Part shown: piece after piece, positions 1 to 10,744 of the stretch
Layout of the letters: each line of letters starts with the position of its first letter
Position numbering within the stretch: position 1 is the stretch's first letter
Assembly: GCA_964384355.1 (NCBI GenBank)
Contig: CAYLLC010000002.1
Span: 1-55,960 of the forward strand
Source of the DNA: an uncultured Sulfurospirillum sp.
GTDB lineage: Bacteria; Campylobacterota; Campylobacteria; Campylobacterales; QNZT01
DNA: 55,960 nt
Reading direction: 5' to 3'
Translations under genes and position numbers: made by a program
Notes under the pieces: generated by a model
The model's input: the letters and a program-made list of their open reading frames with translations, nothing else
What the model was told of the DNA's origin: nothing
The model's database searches: none

Positions 1-1
1 G

Positions 2-565
2 ATGAGGTGCAATGTGTGGTTACTGAATAGAGAGAATAGATTCAATCTGGCGAATATCGTGACCTTTGCCAATATCTCACTGGGAATTATTGCGATGTAT
101 TTTATTCAGGAGGAGCGGTTCGGTATCGCGATCGTACTGGCGTGGATCGCCGGCGGATTCGATATCCTCGATGGCAAAATCGCGCGCAGGTTCAATCTCT
201 CATGCGAGTTCGGTGTCCAGCTCGATTCGTTCGCCGATTTTATCTCTTTTGTGGTGATGCCGTCGTTTCTGCTCTTTTATGCGCTGGAGAAGCCGGACGA
301 GACCGCCCTCATCATCTCCGGTGCGGTCTTTATCTACTATATCATCAGCGGGCTTCGCAGACTGATCGAATTCAACCTCAAGAGCGAAGCGGGGAGTGTC
401 GCGAAATATTTCGAAGGTGTCCCGACACCGCTCGGGGCGATACTGCTCTGGGTGCTCTATCTGATCTACAGTTACGGTATCGTCACCAATATCTACATGA
501 TACTGGCGATGGTGGTCGTCATCGCATACCTGCTCAATTCGAAAGTCAAAATCCCGCATCCGTAG
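2..565 (+). CDS. pssA: CDP-diacylglycerol--serine O-phosphatidyltransferase (CDP-alcohol phosphatidyltransferase family)
   Basis: The full CDP-alcohol motif DG-x2-AR-x8-G-x3-D-x3-D is present as DILDGKIARRFNLSCEFGVQLDSFAD. The protein is multi-TM and hydrophobic. The ORF opens at base 2, so the true start could lie upstream of the window. Confidence 0.8.
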   Translation: MRCNVWLLNRENRFNLANIVTFANISLGIIAMYFIQEERFGIAIVLAWIAGGFDILDGKIARRFNLSCEFGVQLDSFADFISFVVMPSFLLFYALEKPDETALIISGAVFIYYIISGLRRLIEFNLKSEAGSVAKYFEGVPTPLGAILLWVLYLIYSYGIVTNIYMILAMVVVIAYLLNSKVKIPHP

Positions 566-692
566 AGATTTCCTTAATCGTACCTGACTGAACAATCTAG
601 ATCGGGTACAATATATTTGATTTTAGCTAATACCATTTCCTTTCTAAAAGGAAGAAAAAAAGAGTAAAACCTTCTCCGAACCCCCGAAATTA

Positions 693-721
693 TTGACTTT
701 ACAATCTTTATATAGTATACT
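693..721 (+). promoter_or_regulatory. Candidate sigma70-type promoter of the S10 operon
   Basis: TTGACT (693-698), an exact 17-nt spacer, then TATACT (716-721), about 55 nt upstream of the rpsJ ATG. Confidence 0.45.
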
Positions 722-737
722 CGCGGTTCAAATTTTC

Positions 738-765
738 GTCAGATTAGCGTCTGACAAGTTCTTTT
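738..765 (+). promoter_or_regulatory. Short leader hairpin upstream of rpsJ (possible attenuator or r-protein feedback site)
   Basis: GTCAGA (738-743) pairs with TCTGAC (750-755) around a 6-nt loop, followed by AGTTCTTTT. It sits between the candidate promoter and the rpsJ RBS. Confidence 0.25.
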
Positions 766-776
766 AAGGGAAATTG

Positions 777-1085
777 ATGGAAAAAATTAGACTTAAGCTC
801 AAGGCTTATGATCACAGAGTTTTAGACAGGTCTGTTGCAGCTATCGTCGATGCTGTCAAGAGAACAGGTGCAGAAATCAGAGGCCCGATCCCTCTACCTA
901 CAAAGATCAAAAAGTACACCGTACTGCGATCTCCTCATGTAAACAAAGATTCACGCGAACAATTTGAGATGCGTATGCATGCAAGACTTATCGATATCGT
1001 TTCGGCGACGACGGATACCGTCGATTCACTGATGAAACTCGACCTGGCTCCGGAAGTCAATGTCGAAGTCAGAGCGATGAAATAA
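777..1085 (+). CDS. rpsJ: 30S ribosomal protein S10
   Basis: [17 protein letters not shown]... is canonical S10 and this is the first gene of the S10 operon. ATG 777 is preferred to the in-frame TTG 774 used by the ORF track. Confidence 0.97.
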   Translation: MEKIRLKLKAYDHRVLDRSVAAIVDAVKRTGAEIRGPIPLPTKIKKYTVLRSPHVNKDSREQFEMRMHARLIDIVSATTDTVDSLMKLDLAPEVNVEVRAMK

Positions 1086-1094
1086 GGATTGATG

Positions 1095-1673
1095 ATGGAA
1101 TATATTGTAGAAAAAATCGGTATGACCAGAACGGTCACGGTTCCGGCAGTACCCGTAACACTTGTAAAGATAGTAGACGCGAAAGTATGTGAAGTAGACG
1201 AAAACAAAAAAGCGATCGTCGCTTACAGCCATGGCAAATCTGTCAACAAAGCGGTAGCAGGTCAGCAGAAAAAGTACAACCTCGCTCCGGAGTTCAACAG
1301 ATTCATGACACTCAGTGTAGCCAACAGCGAAGCAGGTGATCTCGACACGGCACCTCTGGCAGATGCGAAAGTCGTCAAATCGACATTCAATTCCAAAGGT
1401 AGAGGTTTCAGCGGTGCGATCAAGAGACATGGTTTTGCCGGCGGTCCCGGTGCGCATGGTTCCAGATTCCACAGACGCGTCGGTTCGATCGGTAATGCCG
1501 AATGGCCAGGCCGTGTGCAAAAAGGCAGAAAAATGCCAGGACACTACGGAAACGACAAGATAACGGTGAAAAACGAGATTGTTTCATTTGATGCCGAGAC
1601 AGGCGTACTCGCACTCAAGGGCGCGGTACCGGGTGCGAATGGAGCATTAGGTAAGATAAGGATTGTAAAATGA
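1095..1673 (+). CDS. rplC: 50S ribosomal protein L3
   Basis: [12 protein letters not shown]...[13 protein letters not shown] is L3. The AAGGA RBS lies 6 nt before ATG 1095; the ORF track starts at TTG 1089. Confidence 0.96.
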   Translation: MEYIVEKIGMTRTVTVPAVPVTLVKIVDAKVCEVDENKKAIVAYSHGKSVNKAVAGQQKKYNLAPEFNRFMTLSVANSEAGDLDTAPLADAKVVKSTFNSKGRGFSGAIKRHGFAGGPGAHGSRFHRRVGSIGNAEWPGRVQKGRKMPGHYGNDKITVKNEIVSFDAETGVLALKGAVPGANGALGKIRIVK

Positions 1674-2284
1674 GTAAAGCGATTGTATTGGACAACAACC
1701 TCAAAAAGAGCGGTGAAGTAGCGCTTCCGGACTCTTTTACGGAAGCGAATCCGCATAACCTCTATCTGTATGTGAAATCTTACCACGCAGCGCTCAGAGC
1801 GAATACGGCTAAGACGAAAACAAGAGCAGAAGTGAGCGGTGGCGGCAAAAAGCCCTGGGCACAGAAGGGAAGAGGCGGTGCGAGAGCCGGTTCTAACAGA
1901 TCCCCTATCTGGGTAGGCGGTGGCGTCTCTCATGGTCCGAAAAACAACAGAAACTATTTCCAGAAAGTGAACAAAAAGCAAAAGCGTGCAGCACTTGAGT
2001 GTGCGATCGCCGAAAAAGCGAACAACGGAAAGCTTTTTGTCATCGATGCGATCAAAGTAGAGTCCGGCAAGACCAAAGATGCAGCCAATATCATGAAAGC
2101 GCTCGAAGTACGGGATGCGCTGCTGGTGACAGAAGCGATGGATGAGAAGACATTTCTGGCGTTCAGAAATCTTCCCAATGCCTATCTGGTACAACCAAAC
2201 GAGTTGAATGCATATACGGCAACCGCTTTTGATGCGATTGTAATCGAAAAAAGCGCTTATGAACAATTAACAAAAGAGGGCTAA
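1670..2284 (+). CDS. rplD: 50S ribosomal protein L4
   Basis: The L4 signature ...[26 protein letters not shown] is present. Its ATG overlaps the rplC stop (ATGA). Confidence 0.96.
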   Translation: MSKAIVLDNNLKKSGEVALPDSFTEANPHNLYLYVKSYHAALRANTAKTKTRAEVSGGGKKPWAQKGRGGARAGSNRSPIWVGGGVSHGPKNNRNYFQKVNKKQKRAALECAIAEKANNGKLFVIDAIKVESGKTKDAANIMKALEVRDALLVTEAMDEKTFLAFRNLPNAYLVQPNELNAYTATAFDAIVIEKSAYEQLTKEG

Positions 2285-2285
2285 G

Positions 2286-2567
2286 ATGGCAGATATTACA
2301 GATATTAAATCAATTTTATACACTGAGAAAAGTTTAGGCCTTCAGGAAGACGGTGTGGTAGTCATTCAGACAAGTCCGAGAATGACGAAAAACGGTTTGA
2401 AAGAAGTCTTGAGAGAGTATTTCGGTTTCGTTCCGCTCAAAGTCAACTCTATGAGAATGAACGGAAAGGTAAAAAGATTCAGAGGTGTCGAAGGCAAGCG
2501 CGAAGATTACAAAAAATTCTACGTCAAGCTGCCTGAAGGCGCGAAAATAGAAAGTTTGGAGGTATAA
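2286..2567 (+). CDS. rplW: 50S ribosomal protein L23
   Basis: 93-aa ORF between L4 and L2 with an L23-like sequence (ILYTEKS..., FYVKL). Confidence 0.93.
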   Translation: MADITDIKSILYTEKSLGLQEDGVVVIQTSPRMTKNGLKEVLREYFGFVPLKVNSMRMNGKVKRFRGVEGKREDYKKFYVKLPEGAKIESLEV

Positions 2568-2568
2568 G

Positions 2569-3399
2569 ATGGCGATCAAATCATACAGACCTTACACCCC
2601 TTCGCGAAGATATATGACGGGTCTCGATTCCAGTGATATCACTGCGAAGCCAACTGTACCGAGCCTGTTGAAGACACTTCCAAGAAGCGCAGGTAGAAAC
2701 AACAACGGCAGAATCACCTCTCGCCACAGAGAAGCCGGTGCGAAGAAAAAATATAGAATCATCGATTTCAAAAGAAGAAAATTCGGTATTCCCGGTACGG
2801 TGACTGCGATCGAGTACGATCCCTACAGAAACTGCCGGATCGCTCTGATCACCTATGCAGACGGTGAGAAGCGCTATATCATTCAGCCGTCGGGTCTGAA
2901 AGTCGGTGACAAAATCGAAGCGGCAGAAGCGGGTCTGGACATCAAACCGGGCAATGCGATGAAGATGAAAAACATCCCTGTCGGTACGATCATCCACAAT
3001 ATCGAGATGAAACCGGGCAAAGGCGGCCAGATCGCCAGAAGTGCCGGAGGATATGCACAGCTGATGGGTAAAGAGGAGAAATATGTCATCCTCAGACTTC
3101 CCAGCGGTGAGATGAGACAGATTCTCGCGGAGTGTATGGCTACGATCGGTACCGTCGGTAACGAAGATTGGGCCAATGTCGTCATCGGTAAAGCGGGCCG
3201 TAACAGACACAGAGGTATCAGACCTCAGACGCGTGGTTCTGCGATGAACCCGATCGATCACCCGCATGGTGGTGGTGAAGGTAAGACCAACGCAAGCCGA
3301 CATCCGGTCAGTCCGTGGGGTATGCCGACCAAAGGTTATAAAACTAGAAGAAAGAAAGCTAGTGACAAACTCATTATTTCTAGAAAAAAAGGAAGATAG
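2569..3399 (+). CDS. rplB: 50S ribosomal protein L2
   Basis: ...[18 protein letters not shown]... is the hallmark L2 motif; 276 aa. Confidence 0.98.
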   Translation: MAIKSYRPYTPSRRYMTGLDSSDITAKPTVPSLLKTLPRSAGRNNNGRITSRHREAGAKKKYRIIDFKRRKFGIPGTVTAIEYDPYRNCRIALITYADGEKRYIIQPSGLKVGDKIEAAEAGLDIKPGNAMKMKNIPVGTIIHNIEMKPGKGGQIARSAGGYAQLMGKEEKYVILRLPSGEMRQILAECMATIGTVGNEDWANVVIGKAGRNRHRGIRPQTRGSAMNPIDHPHGGGEGKTNASRHPVSPWGMPTKGYKTRRKKASDKLIISRKKGR

Positions 3400-3678
3400 A
3401 TGGCTAGAAGTTTAAAAAAAGGTCCATTTGTTGACGATCACTTGATGAAAAAAGTGCAAAAAGCACAAGAGAGTGGCGATAAGAAACCTATCAAAACCTG
3501 GTCAAGAAGAAGCATGATCTTGCCTGATATGATCGGTTTGACAATCACCGTGCACAACGGAAGAAACTTTGTGCCGGTATACATCACGGAGAATCATGTC
3601 GGATACAAACTGGGCGAATTTGCACCAACACGAACGTTCAAGGGTCACAAAGGCTCTGTTCAGAAGAAGATAGGGTAA
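3400..3678 (+). CDS. rpsS: 30S ribosomal protein S19
   Basis: [15 protein letters not shown]...[31 protein letters not shown] is S19. Confidence 0.98.
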   Translation: MARSLKKGPFVDDHLMKKVQKAQESGDKKPIKTWSRRSMILPDMIGLTITVHNGRNFVPVYITENHVGYKLGEFAPTRTFKGHKGSVQKKIG

Positions 3679-3687
3679 GGGCATAAG

Positions 3688-4356
3688 ATGAGTACAGCAA
3701 CATTGAAATTTATCAGACTCTCCCCGACAAAAGCGAGATTGATCGCCAGAGAAGTACAGGGTATGAATGCAGAGATGGCACTGGCCGCACTGGAGTTCAT
3801 GCCGAACAAAGCGGCAGGGATCATCTCCAAAGTGATCGCATCGGCAGTGGCCAACGGCGATTATGAGCCCGAAGAGGTGACTATCCTCTCATGCAGAGTG
3901 GACAAAGGCCCGGTTCTGAGAAGATTCAGACCCAGAGCGAGAGGTTCCGCATCGAGAATTCTCAAGCCTACATCACACATCATGGTAGAGGTAGGTACGG
4001 TCGCCGAAGAGAAAAAGGCGCCCAAAAAAGCAGCGAAAACAGCTGCGAAAAAAGAGACTCCGAAAACCGAGAAGAAAGCAGAGGCTCCAAAAGAAGAGAA
4101 GAAAGCGGCACCTAAAAAGAGCGCCAAAGCTTCCAAAGCTGCAGATCTGAACGATCTGAAACTGCTCTCCGGCGTAGGACCTGCGATGGAGAAGAAGCTG
4201 CATGCAGAGGGGATCACATCGATCACGCAGATCGCTGAGATGACCAAAGAACAGATTGCAGAGCTCGATGCAAAAATCGGCATCAAAGGCAAGATAGAAG
4301 ATACTTGGCAGAACGAAGCCAAAGAGATCATCAAAAATAATGAGAAGGAGTCTTAA
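3688..4356 (+). CDS. rplV: 50S ribosomal protein L22 with a ~118-aa C-terminal extension (basic K/A/P/E linker plus helix-hairpin-helix-like module)
   Basis: Residues 1-103 are typical L22 (...[24 protein letters not shown]). One uninterrupted frame continues for 118 more residues, and its stop lies 2 nt before the rpsC ATG. Confidence 0.9.
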   Translation: MSTATLKFIRLSPTKARLIAREVQGMNAEMALAALEFMPNKAAGIISKVIASAVANGDYEPEEVTILSCRVDKGPVLRRFRPRARGSASRILKPTSHIMVEVGTVAEEKKAPKKAAKTAAKKETPKTEKKAEAPKEEKKAAPKKSAKASKAADLNDLKLLSGVGPAMEKKLHAEGITSITQIAEMTKEQIAELDAKIGIKGKIEDTWQNEAKEIIKNNEKES

Positions 4357-4358
4357 AG

Positions 4359-5039
4359 ATGGGTCAGAAAGTTAATCCTATTGGTCTAAGACTTGGGCTG
4401 AACAGAAACTGGGATTCGAGATGGTATCCATCTTCTGAGACTGCTGTGGCTAATGTCGGCGAAGACCATAAAATCAGAACTTTTATCAAAAAAGAGTTGT
4501 ATTACGCAGGTGTGAGCCAGATCATCATCGAGAGAACGGCGAAAAAACTGCGCGTGACGATCGTAGCGGCGCGTCCCGGTATCATCATCGGCAAAAAGGG
4601 TGCGGATATCGAAAAACTGAGAGAAAAGCTCAACAAATTGATCGGCAAAAACGTCAATGTCAATATCAAAGAGGAGCGAAAACCTCAGGCATCCGCACAG
4701 CTGGCGGCAGAAAATATCGCTACACAGCTCGAGAGACGTGTCGCATTCAGACGCGCGATGAAAAAAGTGATTCAAGGTGCGATGAAAAGCGGTGCCAAAG
4801 GAATCAAGGTACAGGTAGCAGGGCGTCTCGGCGGTGCCGAGATGGCGAGAACCGAGTGGTACCTGGAGGGTCGTGTGCCGCTGCATACGCTCAGAGCCAG
4901 AATCGATTACGGTTTTGCGGAAGCACATACGACATACGGAATCATCGGTGTAAAGGTATGGATCTTCAAAGGTGAAGTACTGGCAAAAGGAATCGCTCCC
5001 GAGCCGAAAGAGAAACCGAGAAAAAGAAGAGGTGAATAG
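4359..5039 (+). CDS. rpsC: 30S ribosomal protein S3
   Basis: [18 protein letters not shown]... with KH-domain content; conserved operon position. Confidence 0.98.
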   Translation: MGQKVNPIGLRLGLNRNWDSRWYPSSETAVANVGEDHKIRTFIKKELYYAGVSQIIIERTAKKLRVTIVAARPGIIIGKKGADIEKLREKLNKLIGKNVNVNIKEERKPQASAQLAAENIATQLERRVAFRRAMKKVIQGAMKSGAKGIKVQVAGRLGGAEMARTEWYLEGRVPLHTLRARIDYGFAEAHTTYGIIGVKVWIFKGEVLAKGIAPEPKEKPRKRRGE

Positions 5040-5041
5040 CC

Positions 5042-5467
5042 ATGTTGATGCCAAAACGTACAAAATACAGAAAGCAGCAGAAGGGTAGAAATAGAGGAAA
5101 ATCCTACAAAGGAAACTCTATCGCATTCGGTGAAATCGCACTCAAAGCAACGGAAGGCGGAAGAATCGACTCCCGTCAGATCGAGGCGGCGAGGATCGCG
5201 ATGACCAGACATGTCAAGAGACAGGCGAAGTCTTGGATCCGTGTATTCCCGGACAAGCCCCTGACCAAAAAACCTGCTGAAACCAGAATGGGTAAAGGTA
5301 AAGGTGCAGTCGATAAATGGGTTATGAATGTCAAACCCGGAAGAATTATCTTTGAAATGGCCGGTGTAAGCGAAGAGTTGGCGCGTGAAGCCCTGACACT
5401 CGCAAAACACAAATTGCCGTTTAAAACGAAAATCATAACTCGAGAGAATGAAAATGAAGTATACTGA
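5042..5467 (+). CDS. rplP: 50S ribosomal protein L16
   Basis: [16 protein letters not shown]... is the canonical L16 N-terminus. Confidence 0.98.
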   Translation: MLMPKRTKYRKQQKGRNRGKSYKGNSIAFGEIALKATEGGRIDSRQIEAARIAMTRHVKRQAKSWIRVFPDKPLTKKPAETRMGKGKGAVDKWVMNVKPGRIIFEMAGVSEELAREALTLAKHKLPFKTKIITRENENEVY

Positions 5468-5654
5468 TTTAGAAGGTAAAGACGCAAAAGCGTTGAACGA
5501 GTTGTTAAAAGAGAAGAAGTTGTTGCTATTCAAACTGAGAGCCAAACTCAAGACGATGCAACTGAACAATCCAAATGAGATTAAAGAAGTGCGCAAAGAT
5601 ATCGCAAGAATCAAAACTGCGATGACTGCACTTAAAAATGAAGTTAAGGCATAA
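5454..5654 (+). CDS. rpmC: 50S ribosomal protein L29
   Basis: [33 protein letters not shown] is L29. The start overlaps the rplP 3' end; the ORF track begins two codons earlier at 5448. Confidence 0.92.
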   Translation: MKYTDLEGKDAKALNELLKEKKLLLFKLRAKLKTMQLNNPNEIKEVRKDIARIKTAMTALKNEVKA

Positions 5655-5657
5655 ACG

Positions 5658-5906
5658 ATGGCTTTAAAAGAGATTCAAGGAACAGTGGTAAAAAAAGCTG
5701 GTGACAAAACAGCGACTGTATTGGTTGAGAGAAAAGTGGTCCATCCCAGATATCACAAGATCGTCAAGAGATTCAAGAAATATCTGGTACATGATGAGAG
5801 AAACGAGACGAATGTCGGTGATACGGTCACCGCGATAGAGTGCAGACCTATTTCAAAAACAAAATCTTTTAGATTAAAAGAGATTGTTGCTACAGGAGTG
5901 AAGTAA
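5658..5906 (+). CDS. rpsQ: 30S ribosomal protein S17
   Basis: ...[30 protein letters not shown] is S17. Confidence 0.97.
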   Translation: MALKEIQGTVVKKAGDKTATVLVERKVVHPRYHKIVKRFKKYLVHDERNETNVGDTVTAIECRPISKTKSFRLKEIVATGVK

Positions 5907-6274
5907 TGGTACAGGGATTTACAAGATTGGCGGTCGCCGACAACAGCGGTGCCAAAGAGATCATGTGTATTAAAGTACTTGGCGGATCCAAAAGAAGATA
6001 CGCAAGTGTCGGTGATGTTATCGTTGCTTCAGTCAAAAAAGCGATTCCGAACGGAAAAGTGAAAAAAGGACAGGTCGTCAAAGCGGTCATCGTCCGTACG
6101 AAAAAAGAGGTCCAGAGAGAGAACGGTTCTCTGATCAGATTCGACGAGAATGCAGCCGTGATTCTGGATGCGAAAAAAGAGCCTATCGGTACGCGTATTT
6201 TCGGACCGATCGGCCGTGAAGTACGATATGCAGGTTTTATGAAAATCGTATCACTTGCTCCGGAGGTATTGTAA
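5906..6274 (+). CDS. rplN: 50S ribosomal protein L14
   Basis: [28 protein letters not shown] is L14. The start overlaps the rpsQ stop (TAATG). Confidence 0.98.
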   Translation: MVQGFTRLAVADNSGAKEIMCIKVLGGSKRRYASVGDVIVASVKKAIPNGKVKKGQVVKAVIVRTKKEVQRENGSLIRFDENAAVILDAKKEPIGTRIFGPIGREVRYAGFMKIVSLAPEVL

Positions 6275-6507
6275 TGGCGATTAAAATGAAGATTAAAAAA
6301 GGCGATACGGTCAAAATTATCGCCGGTGATGACAAAGGAAAAGTGGCAGAAGTGCTGAAGGTCATGCCTAAGACTTCTCAGGTGATCGTTGCTGGTTGTA
6401 AAGTTGCCAAAAAAGCAGTCAAACCAACAGAAGAGAACCCAAAAGGCGGATTCGAGAAGAAAGAGATGCCTATACATATTTCCAATGTAGCAAAAGTGGA
6501 AGGGTAA
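6274..6507 (+). CDS. rplX: 50S ribosomal protein L24
   Basis: [18 protein letters not shown] (KOW motif); 77 aa, located between L14 and L5. Confidence 0.95.
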   Translation: MAIKMKIKKGDTVKIIAGDDKGKVAEVLKVMPKTSQVIVAGCKVAKKAVKPTEENPKGGFEKKEMPIHISNVAKVEG

Positions 6508-6510
6508 AAG

Positions 6511-7062
6511 ATGGTTGTAAGATTAAAAGAAAAGTATGCAAACGATATCAAACCGGCACTGGTCAGTGAATTTGATATCAAAAATCCGATGCAGGTACCC
6601 GCTCTGGAGAAGATCTCTATCAGCGTGGGTGCAGGTGAAGAGGCGAAAGATGCGAAGATCCTGCAAAATATCCAGGATACGATCTCTCTGATCGCCGGTC
6701 AGCATGCCGTCGTCACGAGAGCGAGAAAATCGATCGCCGGTTTCAAACTGAGAGAGGGATACCCTATCGGTGTCAAAGTGACACTCAGAGGGGATCGTAT
6801 GTACACATTCCTGGATAAGCTGATCGCGATCACGCTGCCGCGTGTGAAAGACTTCAGAGGTCTTCCAAGAAACGGTTTTGACGGACATGGCAACTACAGC
6901 TTCGGTCTGGATGAGCAACTCGTCTTCCCTGAAGTGAAGTTCGACGATATCATCAAGACGCATGGTATGAATATCACACTCGTCACTACGACTGAAGATG
7001 ACAAAGAGGCGTTCAAACTGCTTGAACTTATCGGAATTCCATTTGCAAAGGGTCGTGAATAA
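6511..7062 (+). CDS. rplE: 50S ribosomal protein L5
   Basis: ...[26 protein letters not shown]... is L5. Confidence 0.97.
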   Translation: MVVRLKEKYANDIKPALVSEFDIKNPMQVPALEKISISVGAGEEAKDAKILQNIQDTISLIAGQHAVVTRARKSIAGFKLREGYPIGVKVTLRGDRMYTFLDKLIAITLPRVKDFRGLPRNGFDGHGNYSFGLDEQLVFPEVKFDDIIKTHGMNITLVTTTEDDKEAFKLLELIGIPFAKGRE

Positions 7063-7247
7063 TGGCAAAGAAATCGATGATCGCGAAAGCGAAAAGAAAA
7101 CCTAAGTTTGCAGTGAGAGCCTATACCAGATGTCAGATCTGCGGCCGCCCTCACTCAGTATACAGAGATTTTGGTATTTGCAGAGTTTGTTTCAGAAAAA
7201 TGGCGAACGAAGGCAAACTGCCTGGAATCAAAAAATCAAGCTGGTAA
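7062..7247 (+). CDS. rpsN: 30S ribosomal protein S14, zinc-binding short (type Z) form
   Basis: 61 aa with CQICGRP...CRVCFR (CxxC-x12-CxxC) and C-terminal ...GIKKSSW. Confidence 0.96.
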   Translation: MAKKSMIAKAKRKPKFAVRAYTRCQICGRPHSVYRDFGICRVCFRKMANEGKLPGIKKSSW

Positions 7248-7256
7248 GGATAAAGA

Positions 7257-7652
7257 ATGGTAAATGATCTCGTATCGGACGCATTGACAAGAATCAGAAA
7301 TGCATCTATGAGAAAACTGGAAGTGACTGAGCTTCTCCACTCTAAACTTGTCGAATCTGTCGTAAAGATTTTTCAGGAAAAAGGGTACATAGAGTCGTAC
7401 AATGTCAAAGAAGATGGCAACAAAAAGTTCATCACCGTCGCGCTCAAATATGACGACAACGGCAATCAGGTGATCAACGAAGTCAAAAAGATCTCCAAAC
7501 CGGGACGCCGTGTCTATAAACCGGCTTCCGAAATCAAGAGATTTAAAAACGGTTACGGTACTATCGTAGTGAGTACTTCAAAAGGTGTACTGAGTAACGA
7601 TGTCGCGCACAAAGAGGGTGTCGGCGGCGAAGTTATCTGCAGTATATGGTAG
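7257..7652 (+). CDS. rpsH: 30S ribosomal protein S8
   Basis: [13 protein letters not shown]...GGEVICSIW is S8. Confidence 0.97.
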   Translation: MVNDLVSDALTRIRNASMRKLEVTELLHSKLVESVVKIFQEKGYIESYNVKEDGNKKFITVALKYDDNGNQVINEVKKISKPGRRVYKPASEIKRFKNGYGTIVVSTSKGVLSNDVAHKEGVGGEVICSIW

Positions 7653-7707
7653 CGTCAATGCTTTTTACGGCATTCGATCAAATCGTAGACAAGTAAAAAG
7701 GAAAATA

Positions 7708-8244
7708 ATGTCAAGAATTGGTAAACAACCGGTAGTGGTTCCTGCGGGAATCGAAGTCAAAACCGACGGCCCGGTCATCGTATTCAAAAAGGGGAATGTC
7801 GAAAAGTTCCTCGATACGAAAGATCTCGTCAACTTCAAAGTAGAGGACAACACGATCACTTTCGCGCCCAAAAGCGACGAGAGACAATCCAGAGCGTTCT
7901 GGGGAACATTCAGATCTCTGGCGAACAACATCGTCATCGGTCTGACGGACGGCTACGAGAAAAAGCTCGAGATCAACGGTGTCGGTTACAGAGCCGCGGT
8001 CAAAGGGAATATCCTCGAATTACAACTCGGTTTCTCTCACCCGATCAACTATGAATTTCCAAAAAATGTTTCAGTGGCAGTTGAGAAGAACCTTATCACT
8101 ATCAAGGGTGACGACAAACAGGTTGTAGGACAGATAGCAGCGGAAATCAGAGCATTCAGACCGCCTGAGCCATACAAAGGCAAAGGTGTCAAGTATGCTG
8201 ATGAAGTGATCGTCAGAAAAGCCGGTAAAACAGCAGCGAAGTAG
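7708..8244 (+). CDS. rplF: 50S ribosomal protein L6
   Basis: [17 protein letters not shown]... is the L6 N-terminus, preceded by an AAAAGGAAA RBS. The ORF-track start at 7600 lies inside rpsH and is not used. Confidence 0.95.
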   Translation: MSRIGKQPVVVPAGIEVKTDGPVIVFKKGNVEKFLDTKDLVNFKVEDNTITFAPKSDERQSRAFWGTFRSLANNIVIGLTDGYEKKLEINGVGYRAAVKGNILELQLGFSHPINYEFPKNVSVAVEKNLITIKGDDKQVVGQIAAEIRAFRPPEPYKGKGVKYADEVIVRKAGKTAAK

Positions 8245-8253
8245 AGGTGAAAT

Positions 8254-8610
8254 ATGAGAACTAAATTATTAAAACAGAAAAATGCGCTCAAAGCGCGAAG
8301 AATCAGAAGAATAAGAGGCAAAATCTCCGGTACGCAAGAGATACCGAGAGTGGCACTCTTCAAGTCTAACAGACACCTTTATGCGCAGGCTATCAATGAT
8401 GTGACATCCACCACATTGGCCAGTGTCGACGGTAAAAAACTGGGTTTGAACGCTAGTAAAGAGTCCGCCGCAGCTGTGGCAAAAACTTTTGCAGAGACTC
8501 TGAAAGAGAAGGGCATCGAGAAAGTGGTTTTCGATAGACGCGGAAACCAGTATCATGGTGTTGTCGCTGCATTTGCAGAGGCTCTCAGAGAAAATGGAAT
8601 AACACTATAA
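8254..8610 (+). CDS. rplR: 50S ribosomal protein L18
   Basis: ...[17 protein letters not shown]...[24 protein letters not shown] is L18. Confidence 0.96.
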   Translation: MRTKLLKQKNALKARRIRRIRGKISGTQEIPRVALFKSNRHLYAQAINDVTSTTLASVDGKKLGLNASKESAAAVAKTFAETLKEKGIEKVVFDRRGNQYHGVVAAFAEALRENGITL

Positions 8611-8621
8611 GGTCAATGGGA

Positions 8622-9065
8622 ATGGAAAATATTAACAGAGAAGATTTCGAAGAAGTAATTGTCAATATCGGAAGAGTGACGAAGGTCGTCAAGGGTGGTA
8701 GAAGATTCAGATTCACCGCGCTTGTCGTCGTAGGCAACAGAGACGGTATCGTAGGATTCGGTACGGGAAAAGCGAAAGAGGTTCCCGATGCGATCAAGAA
8801 AGGTGTCGATGACGCGTTCAAAAACCTTGTCAAAGTCAATGTCAAAGGTTCGACGATCGCACATGATATCGAGCTCAAATACAACGCCAGCAGAATCCTG
8901 CTCAAGCCGGCATCCGAAGGTACCGGTGTCATCGCAGGTGGTGCGACCAGACCGGTACTGGAGCTTGCAGGTATCAAAGATATTCTGACCAAATCTCTGG
9001 GTTCGAACAATCCAAACAATCTCGTGCGGGCGACTGTCAAAGCGCTCAGCATGATCAAACAATAA
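8622..9065 (+). CDS. rpsE: 30S ribosomal protein S5
   Basis: [39 protein letters not shown] is S5. An alternative ATG lies two codons upstream at 8616. Confidence 0.95.
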   Translation: MENINREDFEEVIVNIGRVTKVVKGGRRFRFTALVVVGNRDGIVGFGTGKAKEVPDAIKKGVDDAFKNLVKVNVKGSTIAHDIELKYNASRILLKPASEGTGVIAGGATRPVLELAGIKDILTKSLGSNNPNNLVRATVKALSMIKQ

Positions 9066-9078
9066 GAAAGGATCTCTC

Positions 9079-9477
9079 ATGGCACTTGATAATCTGAGTC
9101 CAGCCGCAGGCGCAACCAAAAACCGAAAAAGAGTCGGTCGCGGTCAGGGTAGCGGCATGGGCAAAACTGCCACACGCGGTAACAAGGGACAGAAAAGCAG
9201 AACCGGTTATAAGAGAAAAAGAGGTTTTGAGGGTGGTCAGCAGCCACTGGCGAGAAGATTGCCGAAAGTCGGATTCACCTCTCGCGTAGAGAAGCCGTAT
9301 GTTATCAATGTTGAAAAAGTTGCGAAAGTAGCAGCACTCGACGAAATCACATTTGAGACGATCAGATCTGTACACAAAATGCAGTCCAGCGTCAAGAAAA
9401 TCAAATTGATCGGTCGTGGTGCAAAAGAGCTCGCATCTAAAATCAAAGACGAAAACATCACAACCAGCGGTAAATAA
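9079..9477 (+). CDS. rplO: 50S ribosomal protein L15
   Basis: ...[28 protein letters not shown] is L15. It follows rpsE directly, with no rpmD between them. Confidence 0.96.
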   Translation: MALDNLSPAAGATKNRKRVGRGQGSGMGKTATRGNKGQKSRTGYKRKRGFEGGQQPLARRLPKVGFTSRVEKPYVINVEKVAKVAALDEITFETIRSVHKMQSSVKKIKLIGRGAKELASKIKDENITTSGK

Positions 9478-9479
9478 CG

Positions 9480-10739
9480 ATGGGTAAAGACTTAACAAAC
9501 AAAATCCTGATTACATTGGGATTTTTGTTTGCCTATAGGATTTTGTCTTATATACCTGTACCGGGTGTCAATGTCGATGTGATCAAAGCCTTTTTTGACT
9601 CCAACTCGAACAACGCACTCGGCATGGTCAATATGTTCAGCGGAAACGCTGTCCGACGCCTCAGTATCATCTCTCTGGGTATCATGCCCTATATCACCGC
9701 ATCTATCATCATGGAACTTCTCGCCGCGACTTTCCCGACACTGGGACAGATGAAAAAAGAGCGCGACGGAATGACGAAGTATATGCAGATTATCCGTTAT
9801 GCGACGGTCGCCATTACGCTGGTGCAGGCGGTGGGTGTCTCTATGGGACTGCAGAGCATGGGACATGGCGGAGAGAGTGCGATCATGATCGATATGAGTC
9901 TTTTCGTACCGATTGCGGCATTTTCGATGCTGACGGGTACGATGATGCTGATGTGGATCGGTGAGCAGATCACGCAGCGCGGTATCGGAAACGGTATCTC
10001 TCTGATCATCTTCGCGGGTATCGTATCGGGTATTCCTGCCGCAATCGGCGGTATGGTCAATCTGATCAATACGGGTGAGCTCAATTTCCTCGTCGTCATC
10101 GCGATACTGGCGGTCATACTGATCACGATCGGTGTCATCATCTATGTCGAGCTGGGAGAGCGTCGTATACCGATCTCCTATTCACGCAAGACGATGATGC
10201 AGAATCAGAACAAACGCGTCATGAACTATATCCCGATCAAGGTCAACCTCAGTGGTGTCATTCCTCCGATCTTCGCATCGGCAGTGCTTATGATGCCTTC
10301 GACGCTGCTCTCGGGAAGTACCAATCCCTATGTGCAGAAGATTGCGGACCTGTTGAGCCCCAACAGCTACCTGTTCAATATCATGATGTTTCTTTTCGTG
10401 ATATTCTTTGCATATTTTTATGCATCGATCGTCTTCAATGCCAAAGATATCGCCGAAAACCTGAAGAAGCAGGGCGGATTCATACCCGGCGTGCGGCCTG
10501 GCAAAAGTACGATGGAGTTCATCAACGAAGTCGCGAGCCGACTGACTTTCTGGGGTGCGATCTATCTCGGACTGATCTCGACGCTGCCGTGGGTGCTGGT
10601 GAAGACGATGGGCGTACCGTTCTATTTCGGCGGAACCGCAGTCTTGATCGTCGTGCAGGTGGCACTGGATACCATGCGTAAAATCGAAGCGCAGATCTAT
10701 ATGAACAAATACAATACACTCAATTCGCTGGGACTCTGA
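9480..10739 (+). CDS. secY: Preprotein translocase subunit SecY
   Basis: 419-aa polytopic protein (...LGIMPYITASIIMELL..., GEQITQRGIGNGISLIIFAGI) in the conserved position after rplO. Confidence 0.97.
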   Translation: MGKDLTNKILITLGFLFAYRILSYIPVPGVNVDVIKAFFDSNSNNALGMVNMFSGNAVRRLSIISLGIMPYITASIIMELLAATFPTLGQMKKERDGMTKYMQIIRYATVAITLVQAVGVSMGLQSMGHGGESAIMIDMSLFVPIAAFSMLTGTMMLMWIGEQITQRGIGNGISLIIFAGIVSGIPAAIGGMVNLINTGELNFLVVIAILAVILITIGVIIYVELGERRIPISYSRKTMMQNQNKRVMNYIPIKVNLSGVIPPIFASAVLMMPSTLLSGSTNPYVQKIADLLSPNSYLFNIMMFLFVIFFAYFYASIVFNAKDIAENLKKQGGFIPGVRPGKSTMEFINEVASRLTFWGAIYLGLISTLPWVLVKTMGVPFYFGGTAVLIVVQVALDTMRKIEAQIYMNKYNTLNSLGL

Positions 10740-10744
10740 TAGTC

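Noticed and set aside
637-660. Hairpin TTCCTT-N5-AAGGAA downstream of pssA as a possible terminator
   Set aside because: The stem is only 6 bp and A/T-rich, and it is followed by an A-run and not a T-run on the coding strand. The evidence is insufficient to call a terminator.
4000-4140. Repetitive GAAGAAAGC/AAAAAAGC-type DNA that could be mistaken for a tandem repeat or CRISPR-like array
   Set aside because: It is in frame within rplV and encodes the K/A/P/E linker. The units are irregular and there are no spacers. It is reported under the L22 finding instead.
7600-7707. N-terminal extensions in the ORF track (rplF 7600; also 17876, 23447, 26948, 36870, 37500, 49921, 50247, 52275 and minus-strand 40419, 44156)
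   Set aside because: These extensions overlap the preceding gene and lack homology to the family N-terminus. Downstream starts have an RBS and the canonical N-terminal sequence, so I used internal starts instead.
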